IMG/VR virus record: IMGVR_UViG_3300034062_004821 | Coordinates: 1-54,138 of that record | Source of the DNA: a virus | Taxonomy: Duplodnaviria > Caudoviricetes | DNA length: 54,138 nucleotides | Direction: 5' to 3' (one strand) | In this document: one piece after another, positions 45,405 through 54,138 of the stretch | Position numbering within the stretch: the first letter of the stretch is position 1 | How the letters are laid out: every line of letters begins with the position of its first letter | The notes under the pieces: model-generated | What the model was told of the DNA's origin: nothing | Database searches by the model: none | What the model saw: only the letters and a program-made list of their open reading frames with translations | Made by a program: the position numbers and the translations under genes

Positions 45405-46109
45405 CTAGTAGTTTGTGACATCGACGACAAAGCGCTCTGTATTCTGATATCCGCCGCCAGATATACCGGCTCCAAGCGGGCGAGGCTCGTTGTTGGCCCC
45501 AGGCTTGGTTCCGCTGCCAACTGTCACGGTCGACTGTGTTACGCCTGTGCTCGTACAGACGTACATTTCTGCATAAATGGACCAATCAGTAAAAAACACG
45601 ACGCCGTCCTCGGTCGTGTTGGCCCATGACTGATTGATGAGTGTAGATGAAATATGCGCGTAGGTTGGACCACTTGCCAGATTGCTGAGGTCATTGCCAA
45701 ACACCAGCCGGAGAGGCTTCTGAGACGCTGTCCAGACCACCGCACCCGTATCGTCATATACCTCGAGGCCAAAGCCAGCAGATGCGCTCGCTGACGCATC
45801 AGGACGGTCGAACACGTAGTAAGTAAACGTCTGGGCTCCTGCCCCATGTGTCAGGACGCGAAACGTCCATGTCGAACCACTCTTGGCCACACCAACAATC
45901 GTTGTGTACAGGGTGCCCGTGCTGCGCAGCGCCACAAGAGGTGTCGTTCCCGTGACGACCACATCATAATAATAGGCCGTGCAGTCTGCGTCCCACAGAT
46001 CATTGGCCGTGACAGTCGCCTTTTCCTTCAGCGTCATGACAAACGATCTGCTGCCGTCAAACTGCAGCGTACCGTCGCTCTGAAATGCCTGAAAACCAAC
46101 GGGCATCAA
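45405..46109 (-). CDS. Tail-tip accessory/receptor-binding protein
   Basis: MPVGFQAF..GTLQFD and internal FGLEVYDDTGAVVW repeat motif. Confidence 0.65.
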   Translation of the reverse strand: MMPVGFQAFQSDGTLQFDGSRSFVMTLKEKATVTANDLWDADCTAYYYDVVVTGTTPLVALRSTGTLYTTIVGVAKSGSTWTFRVLTHGAGAQTFTYYVFDRPDASASASAGFGLEVYDDTGAVVWTASQKPLRLVFGNDLSNLASGPTYAHISSTLINQSWANTTEDGVVFFTDWSIYAEMYVCTSTGVTQSTVTVGSGTKPGANNEPRPLGAGISGGGYQNTERFVVDVTNY

Positions 46110-46420
46110 TAATCACCCCAGAAGATGTTCAGGTAACAATCACTTCCGTTGCTGATACCAGTCACCGTGAAGCTAATCGTTCCGGAGCTGTAGGTCACCG
46201 CCGCAGAAGGGTTGTTGTCTCCCACCTGAAATCCGTCCCCGGCAGATCCAGCAGCCACAACGAAGTAGAAGAAATCCCTCGTGCTGTCCGGCGTAAAAGA
46301 CTGCGTTTGACCTGTAACATTGCCGGTAATAGTCGTGACGCCAGCGATGCGCAGCGTCATGCTGCTGCTATCAAATATAGAATTGCCACTGGCGTCAAAA
46401 ACCTCCACGCCCTGTGGCAT
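46106..46420 (-). CDS. Tail-tip accessory protein
   Basis: MPQGVEVFDASGNSIFD motif; follows the J-like gene. Confidence 0.65.
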   Translation of the reverse strand: MPQGVEVFDASGNSIFDSSSMTLRIAGVTTITGNVTGQTQSFTPDSTRDFFYFVVAAGSAGDGFQVGDNNPSAAVTYSSGTISFTVTGISNGSDCYLNIFWGDY

Positions 46421-48057
46421 CAGGTCCAGATCCCCATGCGGACGCGCAGGCGCGTGCTGTCGTACACCTCAATAATGTTATCCTTGATCTCAACTCGGGC
46501 GCCGCTCGTCGCTGTCCTGAGCGTGCCGATCGTAGCCGTTATGGCGCTCAGTTGTGAGACATTCAGCTTGCCAGCCTCTACAGATCCATCGACCAGACGC
46601 CCGCCAGGGAGTGTCAGATCCGTGCCGTCAAAAGCCAGCTTGCCGGACGCTCCTCCGACTGAGAACTTGTAAACGCCTGCTCCGTCTTCTCCGAGGAAGA
46701 TCCCGTTGCCGTTGTAAGCCGTGCCGCTCGTGATGATCTTGCCGCTGGAGCCTAGCGTCAGAGTTCCGGAAACAGTGAGGGCGCCTGTGTCAGCACTCAC
46801 AGCGCTTAGAGATGTCGCCTGGACCTTTTTGGCTTTGACAATGCCGCCTTCCACCACGAACGGGGCTTCATCAGTTGAACCATTGAAAATCTGAAAAGTG
46901 CTTGCGGTAAACTTTACACTTGATGTTGTCCCGTCGCTCAACAGTTTCATGGACGCTATTCGCCCGCCGGCGTCCACTGTCAGCGCATACGAGGCTGTCA
47001 GCTTTCCATCCACTGTTGCTATAGCAGAGGCATTGGTCGTTATCCGCGCATCGTCGACAGCTGACCATGACCCCGATCCAACCGCTGTGGCGCGGTACAC
47101 TTTGTTATTATCGTCTGTGTCAATCCACAGATCTCCTATAGCAATAGCGGTCGGAGCGGATGCCTGCGCAAAGGTTGTCACCTTGGCGCTATCAGAATAC
47201 GGAACAGCCACCCACGAGCCGGACCCAGCAGCAGACGCTCTGTACAGTTTGTTGTTGTCGTCGCTGTCTATCCATAGATCGCCGGCGGCGCTTGCTGTTG
47301 GCGCTGTGGTTTGAACGAATGTTCGATTTTTCGCGGCTGCTGTTGCACTGACTGTTTCAATGCTTGAGGACAACGCTGTATCAGCGTTGACGCGGGCTGT
47401 CTGCTCAGCAGTTATACTCGCCTGCAAGGCTGTATCAGCAGACTGATAATTTGACGTCAGGGTTTGAATACTAGTGCTCAGAGCCGTATCTGCATTGGCT
47501 CTTGTTGTCGCCTCTTGTGTAATCGCAGCAGTGACGTTTGTATTGTTCGTTGTTACCGTAGATGTCAGATTGCTGATTGATGTTGCAAGCGCAGTGTCGC
47601 CATTAACGCGGGCAGTCTGCTCGGCAGTCACACTGGCGCTCACATCCTCAATCTGAGCCGTGACCTCTGTTTCGACAGTAGCCACAGCCTGCGTGAGGCC
47701 CGCCTCGACTGACTGAACGTAATTTACCGAAGCAAAAATTACCGGATCCTGGCTATCGTCCACAAGGACAACAGAACCAGTATCGTCTGTCAGTTCGGTG
47801 CTGCCGTCGTCATCGGCCAGCTCAATGCCCTGCAGGCCAGCATCGTTCTGTATCGTGAAATTGCCGTTCGCATCATATCCAAAGACAATGACCTGCCCTT
47901 GAGGTGATGTAAAAGCCAGGCGCTTTCCAATTGGAACGATGACATCGCCGCGCCTGTCATATGTCTGACCAAGCCCTCGCAAAACCTGATCGCGAAACTC
48001 CGCCTCATTGCGACGGTCGTACTCGGTTTTCGGCGGGACAATCGCGAGCGTGCTCAA
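46420..48057 (-). CDS. Tail needle/fibre with J-like (DUF1983) C-terminus
   Basis: EQTARVNADTAL coiled-coil repeats, GDLWID x2, APFVVEGG, LSAITATIGTLRTATSGARVEIKD..LRVRMG. Confidence 0.8.
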   Translation of the reverse strand: MSTLAIVPPKTEYDRRNEAEFRDQVLRGLGQTYDRRGDVIVPIGKRLAFTSPQGQVIVFGYDANGNFTIQNDAGLQGIELADDDGSTELTDDTGSVVLVDDSQDPVIFASVNYVQSVEAGLTQAVATVETEVTAQIEDVSASVTAEQTARVNGDTALATSISNLTSTVTTNNTNVTAAITQEATTRANADTALSTSIQTLTSNYQSADTALQASITAEQTARVNADTALSSSIETVSATAAAKNRTFVQTTAPTASAAGDLWIDSDDNNKLYRASAAGSGSWVAVPYSDSAKVTTFAQASAPTAIAIGDLWIDTDDNNKVYRATAVGSGSWSAVDDARITTNASAIATVDGKLTASYALTVDAGGRIASMKLLSDGTTSSVKFTASTFQIFNGSTDEAPFVVEGGIVKAKKVQATSLSAVSADTGALTVSGTLTLGSSGKIITSGTAYNGNGIFLGEDGAGVYKFSVGGASGKLAFDGTDLTLPGGRLVDGSVEAGKLNVSQLSAITATIGTLRTATSGARVEIKDNIIEVYDSTRLRVRMGIWT

Positions 48058-49424
48058 TAGCGCCCCCGCGTCTTGAGAATGGCGCGCCAGCTACCGATGC
48101 GGGCATCCGTCTTGTTGCTCGCCATGCGCAGCTCGAACCGGATCTGGCGCGCTGTCGTCATGACACCCATCCTGTCAGCCGCTGTGTAGGGGCCAAGCGT
48201 CGTTTCCGTCGCCTGAGGGTAGTCCCTCACATGCAGGTAAACCTGGCAATCGCCCTGCGTCTTCTCATCCGGCCAGATCTCATCCAGGAAAACAGCCCGA
48301 TCGCCATTCTCCAGCTGGATAGGGCCGCTGATGAGCTTGCGATCTTCGCCGTCAAAAGCCCAGCCAGTCTCATGCTTCAGCATGGCGCCCGCGCTGGTGA
48401 CCCGCAGAGGCCATCCGAAAACGTCAGGACCAAATCCGCACAGTCTCGCCATGGGCGTGTGGTTCCAGTGGTTCTCCCGGGTCGAATAAATCGCAGCGTG
48501 ACTGCACTCCGTTGCGTTTCCGCGCGGATAGTAGAACCACACTTCGCCGAAAACAGGGTCATATTCGCACCAGCATTTACTCTGATGCGTCGTGTTGATG
48601 TTGCTGAACACATCGTCCGCAATTGAGCAGGGAATCTGCTCGGGATAGCCGGCAAAGCTCCAGAAACTGCCCTTGCCCATCCAGTAGGCCGCAGAACCTA
48701 CCCCGATCTTGGCGTGCTGGCCGATGATACCGCAGCCATTGGCGATGTGTTGAAGGCTGTAAACGTCCGGTGGGCCCACATATTCCAGCCTGTGCAGCCC
48801 CTCAGTCGTGAAAATGAGCGAAGATCCCCTGATCCTCAGGCCGCAAACAATCAGACCCGTCGCCTGGATCGGCAGATCTCCGGCCTGATTTGTCGCCGTG
48901 GGCGTCCAGACCGTCCGAGCCTCCTGATCGCACCACGCCACCTGACGCGGATCTCCATCTACGCCAAGAGCTACCAGAAAGCGCTCTTCCGTGACGAAAA
49001 TGGACTTCGCATCCGGGGCATTGGCTATGACAACCGCATCGCCTCCTCCGCCCGGCTGCCAGTCGAAGATATTCTCACCATCGCAGGCAATGAGAACTTC
49101 GCCGAAATTGTCGAGGCTCCAGTTCGTCACTGTTGTTACGCCTGCAGGCGTGATGTCATCCAGAGCATTCCCGCCATCATGGGCATAAAGCTTGGTCGTC
49201 GTCCCAAAGGCTGCGAACTTCGCCTCATCATTATCAAGCCAGGCATGCGCCGCACGAGGCGTCCCCGCCAGAGTGCCAGCAAGACCCGTCGCCCAACCCT
49301 TCATCGGGCGGATGACGCCCTCTGCAAAACGCCAGTACTGGTTATCATTCCAGCGACCAGCAGCCTGCAATTGCGTGCCCTGCCGGAACAGGCCAGCAGG
49401 AAAGGACAGCGAGACGGGCGCCAT
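48054..49424 (-). CDS. Tail tubular protein B / DNA stabilisation (gp10-like)
   Basis: Beta-propeller-like motifs WSLDNFGE, WCDQE, NQAGD, CGIIG, EVWFYYP. Confidence 0.8.
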   Translation of the reverse strand: MAPVSLSFPAGLFRQGTQLQAAGRWNDNQYWRFAEGVIRPMKGWATGLAGTLAGTPRAAHAWLDNDEAKFAAFGTTTKLYAHDGGNALDDITPAGVTTVTNWSLDNFGEVLIACDGENIFDWQPGGGGDAVVIANAPDAKSIFVTEERFLVALGVDGDPRQVAWCDQEARTVWTPTATNQAGDLPIQATGLIVCGLRIRGSSLIFTTEGLHRLEYVGPPDVYSLQHIANGCGIIGQHAKIGVGSAAYWMGKGSFWSFAGYPEQIPCSIADDVFSNINTTHQSKCWCEYDPVFGEVWFYYPRGNATECSHAAIYSTRENHWNHTPMARLCGFGPDVFGWPLRVTSAGAMLKHETGWAFDGEDRKLISGPIQLENGDRAVFLDEIWPDEKTQGDCQVYLHVRDYPQATETTLGPYTAADRMGVMTTARQIRFELRMASNKTDARIGSWRAILKTRGRY

Positions 49425-50056
49425 CAGACCACAGCCCCATTCGGCATCGGATAGATGGCGTCAGGCGTCTCCATGTCCGTCCGGAGAAGCTGGGCCAGCT
49501 TGCGCTCATATGCGCCCTGCCATTGGGCGCGCATCTCACCGAGGTCCAACCTCAGATCCGCCTCCAGAAGCGCCGCATAGAGGCTGAGATCAGGATGGCC
49601 CGTGACCAGCCAGTCCGTGTCCCCGTCTGCTGACAGCGTCGTCAGGGAGCCTGTCCAGCGCATCCTGACCGTTGTGGTGATGGCCGGCCAGAAGATCAGC
49701 TGGTCACCCACCCGGTCATAATGCATGGGCTCGCCCGTCTCGGCGTAGTTGAAGCTCTCGATACGATCGATGGGCTGATAGGTTATCCGACCGTAATTGC
49801 CTGCATTCTGCCGCATGGACCGAACGCCCTGGAAGCCGCTCGGTATGCTTGCTGCGCCTGAGGTGACAGCAAGGCTGGTCGTGATGTTGTCGAGCTTACG
49901 GAACTTCGCCTGCACCAGGATACGCTGCAATTCTGCACGCGAACTCTGAATGTACTCCGGTATGCGATCTGTCGTTTCAGCCGCTGGCAGAGATGTAGCC
50001 GGCTTCATCCAGTTCGCAACCGCAGCCTTGAGCGTCCCGTAAGTGTTGATCGCCAT
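49424..50056 (-). CDS. Head-tail adaptor / tail tubular protein A
   Basis: MAINTYGTLKAAVANW..HPDLSLYAALLEA. Confidence 0.8.
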   Translation of the reverse strand: MAINTYGTLKAAVANWMKPATSLPAAETTDRIPEYIQSSRAELQRILVQAKFRKLDNITTSLAVTSGAASIPSGFQGVRSMRQNAGNYGRITYQPIDRIESFNYAETGEPMHYDRVGDQLIFWPAITTTVRMRWTGSLTTLSADGDTDWLVTGHPDLSLYAALLEADLRLDLGEMRAQWQGAYERKLAQLLRTDMETPDAIYPMPNGAVV

Positions 50057-50057
50057 G

Positions 50058-50438
50058 TCACACCCACTGACCCTGCTTGCCTATGCGGAAATTGGCCGTC
50101 CGAAGACGGCTGTAGTCACTGTCATCCAGAAGGCTGTTGACCTTGTCAGAATGATCGGGGTTCCAGTAATCGACCCCGAGCTGCTCTTTCCACTGAGTGA
50201 TCACAGACCACGGAACCGTAGCAGCACGGCGCATCAGCTTGTCCACCTTGCCGGCGCCGTCCATGGACCAGCCGTCATTGTGGTTGGCCATCTCCCGATT
50301 ACGCTGCAGAACCGCTTCTGTGTCCTGCACCATGAGGTAATCCGGCTCCATGTAGGGGCCATTGTCCCGCATATACCAGGCCGTTCCCATCCGCGTGACA
50401 TGAAGCAGATGGAAGCCAGGCGGAGGCGTGTAGCTCAT
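50058..50438 (-). CDS. Conserved hypothetical structural-module protein
   Basis: QDTEAVLQRN..RRAATVP..LDDSDYSRLRT. Confidence 0.7.
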   Translation of the reverse strand: MSYTPPPGFHLLHVTRMGTAWYMRDNGPYMEPDYLMVQDTEAVLQRNREMANHNDGWSMDGAGKVDKLMRRAATVPWSVITQWKEQLGVDYWNPDHSDKVNSLLDDSDYSRLRTANFRIGKQGQWV

Positions 50439-50441
50439 GGC

Positions 50442-51119
50442 CTACCCCGCCACGATCTCGGCATAGCCATTGGCCTGATGCACCTTGGCCGCGCTGATCA
50501 GAACGTCAGGGACCAGATCGCCATAGCTGTACTTCACGTCCCCAACGCCGGGGATATGCACGCCCTTCGATATCTTCTTGTCGCCCAAAGGCAGGACACG
50601 GATCGTCACACGCGCCTCAGGAGCCTTGACCGCCTTCAGCCTGTCCTGTTCGTCCAGAACAGCCTGTATCGCAGCCTGCTCAGCCATCCTGGCCATGATA
50701 CGGTCGCGAATACCGTCATTATTGAGCCCGGGGCGAAGTTCGCGGGATATGCCAAGGCGGGCAGCCTGCTCCAGCAAGGCCCTCCGCTCCTCTTCCTCAC
50801 GTCCAAGGTGACCCGGCATCATCATCTGCGTCGTCGTCAGCGTTCCGGGAGGAACACTGGATTTCTGCGCCTTGAGCGCATCATTCTCTCGCTTAAGAGC
50901 CGCAAGCTCAGCAGCCAGATCTGACAGGCTGGGAGCAGGTTCCTCATCTGAAACCGCCTCATTCAGCGCCGCCGTCTTTTCTGCAATCAGGTCTTCCATC
51001 CTCTTGATGGAAAAACGCCTGTCCGTCCTGATCCCAAGTTCAGCACACTTCGCCATGAGTTCATCACGGCGCACTGCTTCGGTGTCCGCCACAGGCGGGG
51101 TCAGCATTTCTTCGCTCAT
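50442..51119 (-). CDS. Hypothetical protein downstream of the capsid gene
   Basis: ELMAKCAELGIRTDRRFS small helical repeat occurring twice. Confidence 0.7.
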   Translation of the reverse strand: MSEEMLTPPVADTEAVRRDELMAKCAELGIRTDRRFSIKRMEDLIAEKTAALNEAVSDEEPAPSLSDLAAELAALKRENDALKAQKSSVPPGTLTTTQMMMPGHLGREEEERRALLEQAARLGISRELRPGLNNDGIRDRIMARMAEQAAIQAVLDEQDRLKAVKAPEARVTIRVLPLGDKKISKGVHIPGVGDVKYSYGDLVPDVLISAAKVHQANGYAEIVAG

Positions 51120-51131
51120 ATCTGCCTCTTC

Positions 51132-51166
51132 AAAATGAAACGGGCGGCCCGTGAGTGAGCCGCCCG
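51132..51166 (-). terminator. Terminator after the major capsid gene
   Basis: CGGGCGGC/GCCGCCCG stem followed by TTTCATTTT on the minus strand. Confidence 0.7.
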
Positions 51167-51192
51167 CCAGTCAGTCCGCTGTCAAAAAGAGA

Positions 51193-52152
51193 TCAGGTGA
51201 GATCTCTGATGACAAATCCCCGCTTCTCGTTCTTGGCTATCAAACATTTTTCGGCGAGCGTCTGGAACTTCACGTTGTCGCCCTGCGGCGCCAGCATCTT
51301 GGTCTGAACACCACGATAGGTGCCCCAGGCCCAGCCTTCCGGATCGATGCCGAAGACATCGCGCGAGAGGTCCGGATGCGGGATGAAGTCCATCGCTCCA
51401 AAATCGCTCACGTAGCGATCCGCACCCGCGTAGATGGTCGCCTGGCTGTTGCCGCCGACATTAGCGCGGATGTCCGCGATGCCGGTGAAGCCGGAAGCCA
51501 CCTGCTTGTGCGTGCCGCTCATGAACACCGCCTTGAAGCGGACGCCATTGGAGAAGCCCGTTGCAAGAACAGCTTTCAGAAGAGCTTCGGTGAAGGTGCG
51601 CTGCGTGCCGTTGGTAGCAGCAGCAACAACACCGCCTGAAGACCAGCCACCGGAGGAGCCATTGGCGCCCATCGTGTCGTTGGTCGCAACCCAGGCAAGA
51701 CCGCCAGCCGTTTTACGGGTGACGCTTCCAGCCGTTTCCGCAACAGACGCCTTGTTGGCGACGCCACGGGATTCCATGTCGTTCAGGAGTTCGATGCCCT
51801 TCTTCGTCTTCTGACGCTGAAGTTCCGTGTCGCGGCCAGCGAGGTTGGCTTCCATCGCCGTTCCGGAGATTGAGCCATTATTCTCGAAGATCTGGCAGAA
51901 AACACCGACACGGGTCGGCTGCGAATTGACGTCGAACGATGAAATATCATCGCCTTCATACGCCGCATTGTCAGGGTCGCGAGCAGCAAGCGTATCGACC
52001 TGCCATTCATGCAAAACGGATTTGACAGCGGTTTTTCCGATCATCGTGGTGAACGGACGGTCTTCCTGGGCGACACGGTAGATGGTGTCTTCCAGGTCCT
52101 CACGCTCGCCCACATAGGAGGAGCGCACGAGTGTGTTGGTAGGGGCAGCCAT
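51193..52152 (-). CDS. Major capsid protein (SU10/DUF5309-like)
   Basis: GEREDLEDTIY, HEWQVDTL, CQIF, YVSDFG; follows the scaffold. Confidence 0.9.
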   Translation of the reverse strand: MAAPTNTLVRSSYVGEREDLEDTIYRVAQEDRPFTTMIGKTAVKSVLHEWQVDTLAARDPDNAAYEGDDISSFDVNSQPTRVGVFCQIFENNGSISGTAMEANLAGRDTELQRQKTKKGIELLNDMESRGVANKASVAETAGSVTRKTAGGLAWVATNDTMGANGSSGGWSSGGVVAAATNGTQRTFTEALLKAVLATGFSNGVRFKAVFMSGTHKQVASGFTGIADIRANVGGNSQATIYAGADRYVSDFGAMDFIPHPDLSRDVFGIDPEGWAWGTYRGVQTKMLAPQGDNVKFQTLAEKCLIAKNEKRGFVIRDLT

Positions 52153-52155
52153 AGT

Positions 52156-53286
52156 CTATCTCTTTCCGAGTTTTGCCCTCAGCTGCATGACCCGAGTGTG
52201 CTCTTCAGCTGTCCAACTCGCTTTGGTCATCAGTTTCTGCAGGGCGGCTTCATCCGATGAAGGTCTGTGACCCTGGCTTGACGCAGGCGCGCTGGGCCCG
52301 GCCTTGACCTTCGGCTTGGGTGGAGGCGCTTTGCTGATCCGTGCTGCTGACTGGCGATAACGCTCGGCGTCCTTGATCAGAGCCTGAATGCCGCCACTGT
52401 CGGCATACTTTCTGTCAATTTCGTCGTAGGTTTTCGCCTTGAAGCTGATCGCCGCCTCCTGAGCGGAAATCCCTCTGATGCGCTGGGGCTCAAACCCCTG
52501 CATCTGCAGATATGCTGCGAGTTCGCTCTTCCGCTTCGGCCCTTCGACCGGGTCGGCAAAGGCAGGTATGATCTCGGCCATCAGCCGGGACTGTTCTGCT
52601 GCAAACTCCCTGAAAGCCTCTTCTTCAGCCTTTTGCTTTGCTGCAATCGTCTGCTGAAGCTCGCGGTGCTCGGCGCGGTATCGCGTCTGCTCTGCGAGGA
52701 ATTGACCAGGATTTGTACGGGCGAGTTCGGCTGCATCATCAGATGCGAACCACTCATCCCACTGCTTCATCCGGTCGATGCCAGGCTCGACATACTGCTC
52801 ACCGATGCGGTTTGCGAGGTCATTGAGGTGGTGAATCCGTGTCTCATATGCCCTGATCGCTTCGGCGGATTTCTGCTGTGCTCGTGTGACTTCGGCCTGT
52901 TGCAGTTTCTCTCGCTTCAGGATGGTTTCCTGAGCTTTGCGAGGAAGCTTTGCAAAGAGAGCCTTGTCCTCTGCTTCCCAACGCGCCGGCGGATCGAGTG
53001 TCGGCTGTTTAGCCGGTTCTGGAGCCTGCGCTTCATCGGCTTCAAGGGTGTCCGTCTCCGGGGCCTCTGCGCCATCGTCAGCCGCTTGGGTGGCGGCTTC
53101 GGAATCCTGTGTGTCGTCGCCTGAAGCCTCAACCTCGCCCTCATCATCGGGGCTCAGGTTTGCCTCTTCCTGCTCTTCCTGCTCATTGTCCGCTTCAGGA
53201 GCATCAGCCTCCTTGGACAGCAGTGCGACGTGTTGATCAATGCTGAGCGGTCCCGATGAAGGGATCGCAGCCTCAGTGTCTGCCAT
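52156..53286 (-). CDS. Scaffolding protein
   Basis: Acidic N-terminus, PPARWEAEDKALFAKLP, coiled coils; upstream of the capsid gene. Confidence 0.8.
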   Translation of the reverse strand: MADTEAAIPSSGPLSIDQHVALLSKEADAPEADNEQEEQEEANLSPDDEGEVEASGDDTQDSEAATQAADDGAEAPETDTLEADEAQAPEPAKQPTLDPPARWEAEDKALFAKLPRKAQETILKREKLQQAEVTRAQQKSAEAIRAYETRIHHLNDLANRIGEQYVEPGIDRMKQWDEWFASDDAAELARTNPGQFLAEQTRYRAEHRELQQTIAAKQKAEEEAFREFAAEQSRLMAEIIPAFADPVEGPKRKSELAAYLQMQGFEPQRIRGISAQEAAISFKAKTYDEIDRKYADSGGIQALIKDAERYRQSAARISKAPPPKPKVKAGPSAPASSQGHRPSSDEAALQKLMTKASWTAEEHTRVMQLRAKLGKR

Positions 53287-53297
53287 GTTGGGGTATC

Positions 53298-53567
53298 CTA
53301 GTTAGCTGGGGCCCTGATGGACCGTGTAGCTTCTTCAACCGACTGCTCGATCTGCCAGTCATCGACCGGCACACGCATCATCGAGCGCACCGTATCAAGC
53401 GCATGGACCCGCAAGAGCAGGTGCAGCGCCTGATCCGTCTTTGATGAGCCGGCCATCAGAACAGCCTGCTCCAGAAGATGATGGCGCAGCTTCTCATGCG
53501 CCTCTTCCGTTATTTCCAGTTCAACAGTCGCCTGCCGGGCGCGAGCCTCCCTCGATCGCTCGCTCAT
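53298..53567 (-). CDS. Hypothetical protein between portal and scaffold
   Basis: ATGA-coupled to the portal gene. Confidence 0.7.
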   Translation of the reverse strand: MSERSREARARQATVELEITEEAHEKLRHHLLEQAVLMAGSSKTDQALHLLLRVHALDTVRSMMRVPVDDWQIEQSVEEATRSIRAPAN

Positions 53568-54138
53568 ACGCCAGCCTCACCACCGATGTTCACATCCGTG
53601 GAACGGATAACTCCAGGCTCAGTCGACGCACTCATGGACAGGCGCTGCAGCTGGATCTCGCGGTTCAGGGCCAGTTCCGCCTGTATCTGCTCACGCTTAA
53701 GCGCAATTTCCTGATCGATCTGATAGCGCCGCATTTCAGCATCCAGCATCAGGCGCTTTTCCTCAGCTTCCAGCTGCCGCATGGCGTTGGCCTGATCCTG
53801 CTGGGCCTTGAGCATGGCAGCCTCACGGGCCGTCATCACCTTGGCCTCAGCTTCCTGCTGCTGAGCCTGCAGGCTGGCCTGCATCTTCTGGGCCTCCATG
53901 GCCATCGTGTCCTGATGCTTCTGCTTCTGAAGCTCCAGTTCACCCTGAATTTTCATCTGGGCCGGATCAGGGGGCGGAGGCGGCTCCTGAATACCCTGAG
54001 CAGCCTTCATCTGCGCTTCCTCAGCCTTCTTCGCTGCAATCTCCTCAGGGTTGGCGAAGAACATCTCAGGCGTCTTGAAACCGCTCCTGCTTGCAAAGCG
54101 GGTGACAGCGTTCCAGACCTGTTGGGGTCCTGCCATGG
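53564..54138 (-). CDS. Portal protein, C-terminal part
   Basis: GFKTPEMFFANP, PPPPDP, Gln-rich coiled coil; continuation of 1..1936. Confidence 0.88.
   Translation of the reverse strand, partial: MAGPQQVWNAVTRFASRSGFKTPEMFFANPEEIAAKKAEEAQMKAAQGIQEPPPPPDPAQMKIQGELELQKQKHQDTMAMEAQKMQASLQAQQQEAEAKVMTAREAAMLKAQQDQANAMRQLEAEEKRLMLDAEMRRYQIDQEIALKREQIQAELALNREIQLQRLSMSASTEPGVIRSTDVNIGGEAGV
53965..54138. repeat. Terminal direct repeat, copy 2 (circular overlap)
   Basis: Matches 1-174; the portal reading frame is continuous across the junction. Confidence 0.97.

Noticed and set aside
1-54138. Alternative genetic code
   Set aside because: Core genes are intact under the standard code and TAA, TAG and TGA all serve as stops.

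Overview
The window is essentially a complete, circularly permuted ~53,964-bp temperate phage genome. Bases 1-174 repeat at 53965-54138 with one synonymous difference, and the portal gene runs across this junction. The architecture is podovirus-like (PBSX-type TerL, portal, scaffold, SU10/DUF5309-like capsid, tail tubular A/B-like proteins, DNA-ejection proteins, no tape measure). The host is probably an alphaproteobacterium (inference). It carries a lambda-like cI/cro switch with TCCGA-N4-TCGGA operators, a RecT-like recombinase, an SF2 helicase, an atypical tyrosine integrase next to an intact attP matching the 3' half of tRNA-Arg(TCT), and an orphan adenine methyltransferase. The most unusual elements are: (1) a lid-less Hsp70/DnaK gene translationally coupled to an endolysin with a holin-like C-terminus, preceded by a peptidoglycan-binding membrane protein, inside the lysis module; (2) a ~270-bp non-coding array of four different iteron-like repeat blocks near attP, possibly a multi-origin decoy; (3) a 3180-aa polyvalent ejection protein with ART, LPD23/metallopeptidase, glycosylase-like and PG-binding modules joined by recurrent linker motifs; (4) a ~350-nt structured non-coding stretch in a replication module that lacks a recognisable initiator or primase; (5) an acidic motif shared between a micro-ORF beside the orphan tail fibre and the J-like tail-tip protein. 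All product calls come from motif recognition by eye; no searches were run.
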